From assembly GCF_006345805.1 (NCBI RefSeq), contig NW_021826632.1, positions 1 through 12,279 of the forward strand: a stretch of DNA of 12,279 bases, given 5' to 3'. Shown piece by piece: positions 1-8,744 of the stretch. The first letter of the stretch is position 1, and each line of letters opens with the position of its first letter. The notes beneath the pieces are model-generated. The model did no database searches. It was given only the letters and a program-made list of their open reading frames with translations, and was not told where the DNA came from. The position numbers and the translations under genes are program-made. The stretch comes from Octopus sinensis (taxonomy: Eukaryota).

Positions 1-394
1 GGGAATACAAAGAACGTTATAATCACGAGAGATATTGATGTTAATGGCCGCAAGCTAAAGCCGTATCGGCAAAATAATTTGGATAAATAATATTTAAAAA
101 TCATATATAATAAAGGTGCTTTTTTAAAAAGACACCAGCTTTGCTGAACATAGGAGTTAAATCCCTCCGAAGCCACAAAAATTAACACTATATTTACATA
201 GGCATGCTTGGAAAAAAATTAATGGCCTTCAGAGAGTTTTAGCTCCTATGTTCAGCAAAGCTGGTGTCTTTTTAAAAAGCACCCTTATTATATATGATTT
301 TTAAAATATATTTTCCAATTATTTTTCCGATCCGCTTTAGCTTGCGGCCACTAACATCATCTCTCTCGTGAGTATAACGTTCTTTGTATTCACC
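1..394. repeat. Long inverted repeat / foldback (MITE-like); left arm truncated by the window edge
   Basis: 1-161 is the reverse complement of about 237-394 (e.g. AAAAAGACACCAGCTTTGCTGAACATAGGAG vs CTCCTATGTTCAGCAAAGCTGGTGTCTTTTT; GAATACAAAGAACGTTATA vs TATAACGTTCTTTGTATTC). About 85-90% identity by eye. Weaker pairing continues inward (162-185 with 216-236), leaving a loop of roughly 30 nt. Confidence 0.93.
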
Positions 395-1312
395 TAATTT
401 CGTTTTTGTCAGTGCTGCTATTATATATCTTAAGGAAAACAAATATGCCCACGCCACATCTAGAACTGATACGATTCTTCGAGAGATTACAGAGCTATAC
501 ACATAGCAATAGACAGACGGACCTCAACAGAAACCGAATGCAGCAATACATCTAACACCACCACCATGCAACACGACGACTAAAGACGAAGCGAGGGGAA
601 AAAACAGATACAAACATGTAGTACACACACAATAGACAGATATGCACATATCTATGATAAATGTAAGAAACAGAAATAGATAACCAAAAAAGAACTGTGT
701 AAAGGATATGGATACAAACAATGTAGGAAGCGAACTCATATACACACACAAACACCACATAGAGTCACTTTACACACGACTACAACAACATCGACAACAG
801 CAACACCGGCAGCAGTAGCAACAACAACTACACGCATGGCAAGAGCGTGGGCGAACACACAAACACAGAGAGATACAGGACGGTACCAAAAGTTGGGTCA
901 AGGGCAGCAGCAGCAGCGGCAACGGGGGAGGGAACAGGATTGGAGTGGGGTCAAAGTGCTATTACGAACAACGACAATAACTATGACAACAGTATAAAGG
1001 GCATAAGCCCATATATAAGCACATAGGCACACGTACACACACACACTACACATATACACACACACATATACACAAACACAATCACACACAAATACAAGCG
1101 CGAACGTATGCGAATATAAGGATACACATCATAGAGGAACAGAATAGACTAAGCGGAGAAGGAGCACACACGAGGACGGAAACTGTCACTGAAGAGGTCA
1201 CAGATGTGTGATGAAAGATTTCCTGAAAATGAGCATAAGAACAGTAATAAACGAATGAAGAACAAATATCTTGCAAGTGTTTTATTTTCCCCCCAAAAAT
1301 GACCATCTCGTA

Positions 1313-1367
<55 letters not shown>

Positions 1368-1414
1368 TTTATAATATATCTATATAATATTGTGTGTGTG
1401 TGTGCGTGTGTGTG
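1313..1414. repeat. (TA)n then (TG)n microsatellite
   Basis: Directly visible dinucleotide runs. Confidence 0.95.
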
Positions 1415-1454
1415 TAGCCGGTAGCTCCAAAGTTTTTTTTTTTCTCTCTCTGTT

Positions 1455-1595
1455 GATTCCCTCGTGTTCCTTTCTGTTGAAGAGCGTAGGCTCGAAACGT
1501 AAAAGACTTTCTCACCTAACAGAGCGTTGAACTAATACACCTGTTCGTTGTTTATCCCTGTCTTCGCGTCTTTTGTTTTTCTGTAAACTTCACTA
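1455..1595 (+). mobile_element. Penelope-like retroelement terminal (pLTR-type) fragment
   Basis: Contains CTGTTGAAGAGCGTAGGCTCGAAACGTAAAAG, the hammerhead-type CTGxxGA..stem..CGAAACGT signature of PLE termini. It is followed by about 90 nt of T-rich tail ending in a TA/CA microsatellite. Family assignment rests on motif knowledge and recall, not a search. Confidence 0.6.
1470..1505 (+). ncRNA. Variant minimal type I hammerhead ribozyme-like motif
   Basis: Stem I CTTT(1470-73)/AAAG(1502-05). Core CTGTTGA (1474-80; A6 replaced by U) plus an extra A1481. Stem II GAGC-GTAG-GCTC (1482-93). GAAA 1494-97. Palindromic stem III ACGT. Putative cleavage triplet GUA (after 1501). Confidence 0.5.
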
Positions 1596-2373
1596 TACAC
1601 ACACACACATATATACATATAATATATATGTATACTATATATAATATATATATTTATATTAGATATATATAATATATATATCTATCTGTATGTATGTGTG
1701 TATGTATGTGTATGCATGTGTGTATGTATGTGTGTATGTATGTATGTGTGTATGTATGCATATACACAGGAATATACAACCGATAGCCTCTACTTCCTCT
1801 TCCCTAAATGGTGTTTCTCTATGACTCGTACGAACTCATTTCCCATCAAACATGCCCGCCCCCCTCCTCTCTCCCCCCAAATCCACCTTTATTGTCACCA
1901 CCTCTCACTTCCACTCCTTCATAGAACCACACCAAACACCTGCTCTGTCACCCATAAAACACTACCACCACCAATACTACTACTACTGTTACTACTACTA
2001 CTACTAAACGCCTGATGTGCGAGAGCGATATTGGATCAATGAAACGATTGAAGTCAACCAGCCAACAATCGTTCCATGTCTGACCACCACAACTCTTTAA
2101 CTACCAACAGATTCTTTTGTCGTCCTCACAAAAGCCACAAAATGTTTATCTTTATTGGACAATCAACTAAAGTGGTTCTCGCTTCTGCTGCTGCTGTTGC
2201 TGCTGTGTGCGTGTATACACCAGATTGTATGCGTGTGTACATGTATATATATATATATATTATATATATAAGCTGTATAGCCGAATATAAAATTACTACC
2301 TATATACATAGGGTGCGGTGAATAAATTGTCGTCTAAATTAGGCAAAAATGAAAATGACACTAACATCTCAGC

Positions 2374-2631
2374 AGCATCGGTTGTCAAGCAATGTTGGGA
2401 GGACTAACACAGACACACAAACATATACATATACACATACAGATACACATACATATACAAACATATACACGGCGGGCTTCTTTCAGTTTCCGTCTACCAA
2501 ATCCACTAGTAAAGTTTTAGTCGGCCGGAGGCTATAGTAGGAGACACTTGCCCAAGTTGCCACGCAGTGGGACTGAACCCGGAACCATGTGGTTGGTAAG
2601 CAAGCTATTTACCACACAGCAACTCCTACGC
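2374..2631 (-). mobile_element. tRNA-derived SINE (family A), 3'-truncated, with internal microsatellite
   Basis: On the minus strand: A-box-like TTGCTGTGTGGT (2611-2622), B-box GGTTCAGTCCC (2569-2579), CORE-SINE-like ACTTGGGCAAGTGT, then a (TG/TA) tract (about 2420-2470) and the body motif GTGTCTGTGTTAGTCC...TGCTTGACAACCGATGCTG (2374-2420). The head is clearly homologous to 8881-9042 and the body to 3391-3434. Confidence 0.9.
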
Positions 2632-2727
2632 ATATATATAATATATATACTATATATAATATAATATATATATAGAGAGAAAGAGAGAGAGAGAGAGATG
2701 CATATATACATACATGCATACATACAC

Positions 2728-2785
<58 letters not shown>

Positions 2786-2810
2786 GCATATATATATATA
2801 TATATATATG
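2631..2810. repeat. Compound (TA)n/(GA)n/(CA)n microsatellite
   Basis: Directly visible. Confidence 0.95.
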
Positions 2811-3156
2811 GGCACAAGACATAAAAAAACATTGAATACAATGAGAAACGAAAACATAAAAACAAAAACATAGAAAACGAATTATTTTTCGAACAACGAA
2901 AAAACAGAGAAATGAGACATGCAACATAAAAAATATTCCCCTTCATCAGTTGTCTCTGTTTCATCTACTCTGCGTTACGAAGGCAAGGACAATACGCGAC
3001 TTCGTTGAAACAGTCCTTCCCGCAAAGCAAATTAAATAAAATTTGGGATTTTTTGCGGAGGGTGAAAGTGTTAGGGCTATAGCTTGTAAAGGATTGGGGT
3101 TCGTTTTTAATTTATTAACCTTTTTTTATCAACTACCAAATCTAAGGCTAAAGTAC

Positions 3157-3331
3157 AGTGTGTGTGCGTGTATGTGCGTGAATGTGTGTGTGTGTGAGTG
3201 TGTGTGTGCGTGCGTGCGTGTGTGTGTTTGTGTGTGTGTGTGTTTTGTGTGTGTGTGTGTATGTTTGTGTGTGTGTGCTGCGTGCGTGTGTGTGTTTGTG
3301 TGTGTGTGTGTTTTGTGTGTGTGTGTGTATG

Positions 3332-3380
<49 letters not shown>
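3157..3380. repeat. Interrupted (TG)n microsatellite
   Basis: About 220 bp of TG with TTTG/GCGT interruptions. Confidence 0.97.
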
Positions 3381-3384
3381 TACA

Positions 3385-3575
3385 TGTCTTCGTGTCCGTG
3401 TTTGTCTCCACAGCCACTGCTTGACAACTGGTGCTTATTTGTTTACGCCTCCATAACCGACCAATAGAATAATATCTTTAAAGAAAAATAAGTCCCTGGG
3501 GCGATTTGTTCGACTAAAACCGTACAAGATCGTTTCCCTGCATGGCTGTTGTCCAATGATTAAAAGAAATAAAGA
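3385..3575 (+). mobile_element. SINE family A, 3' part (body and tail; head absent)
   Basis: GTGTCCGTGTTTGTCTCC..CTGCTTGACAACTGGTGCT matches the body of the 2374-2420 copy. ATAGAATAA..AAAAATAAGTCCCTGGGGCGATTTGTTCGACTAAAACC matches the reverse complement of 8770-8836. It is preceded by the long (TG)n tract. Confidence 0.8.
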
Positions 3576-3830
3576 TTGTGTATATAAAAGCATGTAAATA
3601 TTGAGTTGAATTTTCTATCAAAAGACAGATCGATCTGACTTTGAACTGACGCCGGGAACTCTTCACACACTAACAGAAGAAGGGAATTTTTATCCCGAAA
3701 TATTGCAATGATATAAACGGAATTTTTAGATATTTCTACACTTTTGTTATGTATTGGCATCGCCATATTTTATTCTCTTTTATTTTTCACTCGCTCGCAT
3801 TGCCACAAGGCATTATCAAAACTCCCCATT

Positions 3831-3921
3831 ATACATATACATATATATATATTATATATATATATATTAATATATATCTATGTATGTATATATGTATGTG
3901 TGTATATGTGTATTATGTTTG

Positions 3922-3952
<31 letters not shown>

Positions 3953-4050
3953 ATATATTATATATACATATATATATATATATAAATACACATATATACA
4001 TATACACATACATACATATGACCATTCCGAATACAACAATATATATATAT
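3831..4050. repeat. Degenerate (TA)n microsatellite
   Basis: Directly visible. Confidence 0.95.
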
Positions 4051-4259
4051 GGTGTAAATGATTGAGAACACTTTCAGCTTGCCTCGGCGTCAGACATTAT
4101 TTTAAATATTCCTCGTTCACCAACCAAATCAGTCACAACATTGTTTAATTATTCATAGCAGACAATGTGTTTAAGCAGATCAACTGACAGCGACATTAAT
4201 GTGTTGACGCCTTCAAGAAACAAAACCATTCTTGTCTGCTTTTTGTTCTTCATACCCGA

Positions 4260-4655
4260 GAATGGGCTAACCTATTGTTTCCTTTATCGTGTAAGCTAAT
4301 TTACTAATATTTCTGTATTATATAGGTTAACACGGAATATCTTCCTATATTATATAGGCTAACAAACTAAGTTTATACTATATTACAAAGATAACATATT
4401 ATATAGGCAAATATAGTGTTTTCTACATTTTATAGGTTAATATAGTAGTTTTTTTTTTTATCAGATAGATTAACTGAGTATCTTTCAGAAGCTTAAGTAG
4501 AATTTTAGTATTATATATTTAACACAACGTATTTTCCTAGATTATATGGTTTAGCATACTATTCTCTATATTATATCGGCTGTTGTGATATATTCTTTGT
4601 TATTTACCTTAAGACAGAGTATCTATTGTTTCCTATGTCATTAAAGGCTAAAATT
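4260..4655. repeat. Degenerate minisatellite with a unit of about 30-32 bp
   Basis: AGGYTAA-like motif recurs at about 4264, 4293, 4324, 4356, 4388, 4405, 4434, 4467, 4516, 4547, 4577, 4606 and 4645. Consensus approximately TTTCCTATATTATATAGGYTAACAYAGTAT. Confidence 0.65.
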
Positions 4656-4656
4656 A

Positions 4657-4819
4657 TAGTGACATAGCCAAAATGTGTACCCCCAGTTCGATTCTTGGTT
4701 TTGTCCCCCCTCTTATAGGCTAATACAGCAGACTCATGATTGCCGCTCTGATAAAAGCGTCGTCCTCAGGGTGGAGCGGGGGTGAACCACCCTCATCCCC
4801 GCCCTTAGTTATGCTAGTG
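4657..4819. mobile_element. Possible decayed short non-autonomous DNA transposon (CAGTGGCGTAGC-type termini)
   Basis: The left end TAGTGACATAGCCAA and the reverse complement of the right end, CACTAGCATAACTAA, both resemble CAGTGGCGTAGCTAG. GC-rich subterminal tract GGGGGTGAACCACCCTCATCCCCGCCC. No TSD found. Confidence 0.3.
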
Positions 4820-4879
4820 ACTATTCTGCTAGTGTTTATTCTTTGGAAAATTTAGATAAATATTTAAATTTTTAAAAAT

Positions 4880-5260
4880 AATGAGTGAAGTTGGTGGCGT
4901 CATTAGAATTTATAAACTTGGAGAGGACATGAAATAATTCTTTTTTGGAATGGTGGATTAAGTTATAAATGGTAGCGTCTGAATATGGGGTTGAAAACCC
5001 TTTTTTCATAGAGAAGGTCGAAGACTGCCCGTGGGTCTCGTATCCACATCTCCAGTAAACATGGCAGGATATCTTCTCACAAAATTTAAAGATTCTTAGG
5101 ACGGCAACAACATCCAAGTCTCACTCGTAAGAATAATGTTTCTAAAACAGTCAGAGAAATCCGAAATATTGCTTTGGTCCAATGGTTGAATATCTGTCAT
5201 GTCTGTAAGAGATATAGGCTCGTGTCTTGTGTATAACCTTCGAGTTTTCCTGTGCAAAAC
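4880..5260 (-). pseudogene. Possible decayed LINE RT C-terminal fragment (RTE-clade-like)
   Basis: Minus-strand frames give DIQPLDQSNISDFSDCFRNIILTSETWML and LRIFKFCEKISCHVYWR...IYNLIHHSKKELFHVL. These are loosely collinear with the RTE pattern IW..NIS..LLYGSETW..L..F..CLR.I..W..I..R.L.W.GHV. Stops and frameshifts are present, and the similarity was judged by eye only. Confidence 0.35.
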
Positions 5261-5501
5261 AGGTTTTTAAGCTAAAATTTATTATTTATAACTTTATTTT
5301 CTTCGAGATTCACAATTCTAAAATAACACTATTTAATGAGCGAAGTATTTCTGTACAATCAGAGAAATAATAGGAAGAAGATAGAAAGAAGTTGAAGACT
5401 TTGTTTCAAATGTGTTAATTAACTGAAACAAATAACAAGATAATTAAAACATGGCAATTTTCAATCGGTGAGGTGTTAATATAAGATACCTGTTCAATAA
5501 A

Positions 5502-5731
5502 TTATTATTCTTTTCTACTCTAGGTACAAGGCCCGAGAACTTGGGGGAATTAGATCGACCCAGTATGCAACTGGTATTTAATTTTTCGACCCCGAAAGGA
5601 TGAAAGACAAAGTCGACCTCGGCGGAATTTGAACTCAGAACGTAGCGGCAGACGAAATACCTATTTCTTTACTACCCACACCGCTAAGCATTTCGCCCGG
5701 CGTGTTAACGTTTCTGCCAGCTCACCGCCAT
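5502..5731 (-). mobile_element. tRNA-derived SINE (family B), near full length
   Basis: On the minus strand: head GGCGGTGAGCTGGCAGAAACG (A-box-like), B-box GAGTTCAAATTCC (5624-5636), central GTCGACTTTGTCTTTCATCCTTTCGGGGTCGA and a (TAA)n-type tail at 5502-5510. It is a GC-rich block in AT-rich flanks. Confidence 0.85.
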
Positions 5732-6402
5732 CCGATATAATATTATTATTATTATTATTAGATATTAGAAAAATAGTCGATCAACAGCCATGAGGTATGT
5801 CTCGAGGTGTGGGGAGAAGTATGCCTAAGGAACGGCACACTTGTTAAATGAAGCAACAATAATATAACATCAATGACAAGAAGAAGAAAGAGCACGTGAG
5901 AAGGCTATTTTATGTAAGACGATAGGTGAATATGTCGTAGGCAAGATATCAAACTATTCGTAGATCCCAAAGTGAATCAAATATCCGGGAGATGTGAAAG
6001 CAATGAAACAAAACACGAGTGGTAACCGTAATTTCCTGCACATTTTCAGTGTATTCCTGTTGAATTCTGATGGAATTCACAGAGGAGAAAGATGTATCGG
6101 TTTTCGTTATCAAAAATATCAAATGGCGGCGTTCCATGAAGTATCGTCTGCTCACTGAAATGTTTCTGGCGACAAATGGATAGAAGAAAAACGAGAAAAT
6201 ATTTCAATAAAAATTAAATGTGGATGGATAGATGAAATAATGTGTACATCAGTGGTGAGCTTTTGTGATTTGACAGGTTCGGGTGGAGAGGAGTGAGTTC
6301 AAACTCCGATAATTTGTAAAAATATTTTTTAAAAATAGTAAACGATTTTCAATTATTTCAGTCTAATGTGTCGACCCAAGACTAAGTAAAAAAAATAAAA
6401 GC

Positions 6403-6493
6403 AAAAAAAAAACCACCGTGGAAGGCACCACATCACGGGATCGAAAGCGGAATATAATGAATGCAACTCCCGAACCACTGAGCCAAGTGGAAC
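6403..6493 (-). pseudogene. Degenerate tRNA-like / SINE-head sequence followed by a T10 run
   Basis: On the minus strand: A-box TGGCTCAGTGG (6475-6485), B-box-like CTTTCGATCCC (6437-6447), D-stem GCTC/GAGT and T10 at 6403-6412. The anticodon and T arms do not pair, and A-to-B spacing is about 6 nt shorter than in a tRNA. Confidence 0.45.
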
Positions 6494-6593
6494 AGGATTA
6501 GCAAGCGAATCATTAGTCCGTTAGACATTTCTTTTTTCTCTTTATGTCATCAGCAATATTTTAAATTAACCAAAATATTTGAAGGACAACTGA

Positions 6594-6613
6594 TTATATA
6601 TATATATACATAT

Positions 6614-6676
<63 letters not shown>

Positions 6677-6788
6677 GTGTGTGTGTGTGTATGTGTGTAT
6701 TCACACACACATACATTCATACGAACACACAAATATATGTACATATGTCTCTCTCTCTTCTCTCTCCTCTTCTCTCTCTTCTCTCTCT

Positions 6789-6839
<51 letters not shown>

Positions 6840-6935
6840 TACACACACACACTCATATGTATGTGTATATCATCATCGTCGTTGTTGTTGTTGTTATTAT
6901 TATTATCAACATCATTATTATTATTATTATTATTA
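6594..6935. repeat. Compound (CA)n/(TG)n/(CT)n/(TA)n plus (CAT)/(GTT)/(TAT) trinucleotide tracts
   Basis: Directly visible. Confidence 0.95.
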
Positions 6936-7320
6936 TGTGGCTGCTGATTAGAACGATTGACACAACAAACAAGATAAAAGAATAAAAGGATTCAATTGTT
7001 GTTGTTGTTGTCGTTCGGAGAGAAAATTAAATTCATTCCCGGCTTTGTTGTCACACGTCCTCACGTTTCGCTCTAACGATCTTCTCAAAACAAGAATCAT
7101 TGTTTTTGGTAAATTCTTGGAAGCGAAACATAAGTACGAGTGTCAACAAAGATGTTAATGAATTTATATACGCATACATACATTCCTGTATATGTACATA
7201 TGTCTTTCTACGTGTCTTTCTACATATATTTGTGTGTTCGTATGAATGTATGTGTGTGTGAATACACACATACACACACACACACACACTATATATATAT
7301 ATATGTGTGTGTGTGTATAT
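6616..7320. repeat. Inverted duplication, arms about 6616-6741 and 7221-7320, spacer about 480 bp
   Basis: The unique string GTATTCACACACACATACATTCATACGAACACACAAATATATGTA (left) is exactly reverse-complemented at 7221-7265. The same peptide VCIHTHIHSYEHTNIC appears in ORFs 6681..6947(+) and 7051..7398(-). Confidence 0.9.
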
Positions 7321-7419
7321 TTGTATTATGTATATATGTACACACACACACACACACACACAACACACACACACAAACACACACATGGGTATAAGCATCT
7401 ATATCTTACATAAATAGAT

Positions 7420-7596
7420 TTCTGTATGCATATGTAAGTATGTATATGTATGTGTGTATATATATATATGTGTGTGTGTGGTGTGTGTGGTGTGTGTGTC
7501 TGTGTCTGTGTCTGGGTGTGCGTGTATATATATATAATTATGTAATCATATTATGATGTAATCTCTATATACATATATATATATACTTATATATAG

Positions 7597-7627
<31 letters not shown>

Positions 7628-7951
7628 ATATATATAATCGAATATAGGTATCTATATACAATACTATATATATACTTATATATATATATAGATATAAGTA
7701 TATTCTATACATATATAACATATATACATTCTATATACATATATACATATCACATATATACTATAATATAATATATATATATATATAGATATATATTATA
7801 TATATATATATTATATATAGATATATATAATATACTTATATATATAGAAAGTATATCTATATATATATATATTATATACTTATATATTATATATATATAT
7901 AATATAATATATACATATATTAGTAAATTTCACCTTTATTTCCCTTTCTTT

Positions 7952-7992
<41 letters not shown>

Positions 7993-8146
7993 CCCCCTCT
8001 CTCTCTCTCTCTCTCTCTCATCGTGTGATGTTTTCTTTTTTCTTTCTTATTGGGATTTTTTACTTATAAGGCTTTGAACAAAATAAAAACAACTACATCC
8101 ACAAAAACACACATATATTCGACGTATGAATATATTTCAATAGATA

Positions 8147-8182
<36 letters not shown>

Positions 8183-8345
8183 TATGTGTGTGTATATATA
8201 TATATGATATATATATATATATATATATGGACAGATACACAGAAATGCATATATGTATGAGTGCGTGTATGTATGTATGTATGTATGTATGTATGTACGT
8301 ACGTATATATGTATGTACGTGCGTATGTATGTATGTATGTATAAT
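7420..8345. repeat. Large low-complexity block: (TG)n, about 380 bp degenerate (TA)n, (CT)n, (TATG)n
   Basis: Directly visible. A short unique spacer lies at about 8070-8140. Confidence 0.93.
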
Positions 8346-8480
8346 AGTAAACGTTATTGTACCAGTGTATATTCTGGTTTTCTTTAGTTTATCACCAATC
8401 GAGAAGGTTCTTTGATTGCCACTTAGTCAGCAATTAGAATAATTCTATGTGTATGATTGCTTTATATATATAGAGAGAGA

Positions 8481-8697
8481 GCTGTGTCTGGGGAGGGTCA
8501 TTCTCTTTTAGTGCCTTATCATTTAACACACTCACCGATAAATTTTCCACTCATTCACTTATTTATTTTTCCTAAAATTTCCGTTGCATTTTGCAACCTT
8601 TTCAATGGTCAAGAAAAATAAATAAATGAGTGGAAACTTTACCGGTGAATGTGTTAAATGATTAGGGACTAAAAGAGAATGACTCCCCAGACACAAC
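8481..8697. mobile_element. MITE-like hairpin element (about 217 bp, arms about 90 bp)
   Basis: 8481-8573 pairs with 8611-8697 (TGTGTCTGG..GTCATTCTCTTTTAGT..ATCATTTAACACA..TTTCCACTCATT vs AATGAGTGGAAA..TGTGTTAAATGAT..ACTAAAAGAGAATGAC..CCAGACACA). The spacer holds a small hairpin GTTGCA-TTT-TGCAAC (8583-8597). No clear TSD. Confidence 0.85.
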
Positions 8698-8744
8698 AAA
8701 ATATTCTTCAACACACGAACTCACATAAAGAATCTTGCATATAT

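Noticed and set aside
272-502. 76-aa minus-strand ORF
   Set aside because: It lies in the arm of the palindrome, has no recognisable motif, and the equivalent sequence in the other arm differs by several indels.
2008-2075. CTGATG...GAAACGATTG hammerhead-like words
   Set aside because: The core is CUGAUGU, no stem II adjoins the core, there is no UH triplet after stem III, and there is no stem I.
4162-4290. 129-nt open candidate exon with GTAAGC donor
   Set aside because: The donor is part of the degenerate 31-bp repeat unit, the acceptor is weak, and the peptide is unrecognisable.
5165-5191. IQPLDQ motif suggesting a pogo/Tigger DDE transposase
   Set aside because: No upstream DNxxxH or other pogo motifs and no TIRs. 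The surrounding frames fit an RTE-like RT C-terminus at least as well.
6117-6158. CAAATGGCGGC YY1/Kozak-like start (MAAFHEVSSAH*)
   Set aside because: An 11-codon ORF with a weak donor (GTATCG) and no CpG-rich or promoter context.
6253-6307. B-box-like GAGTTCAAACTCC with upstream GGTGAGC, a possible SINE-B head
   Set aside because: Only two short words match and the intervening and downstream sequence does not align with the 5502-5731 copy.
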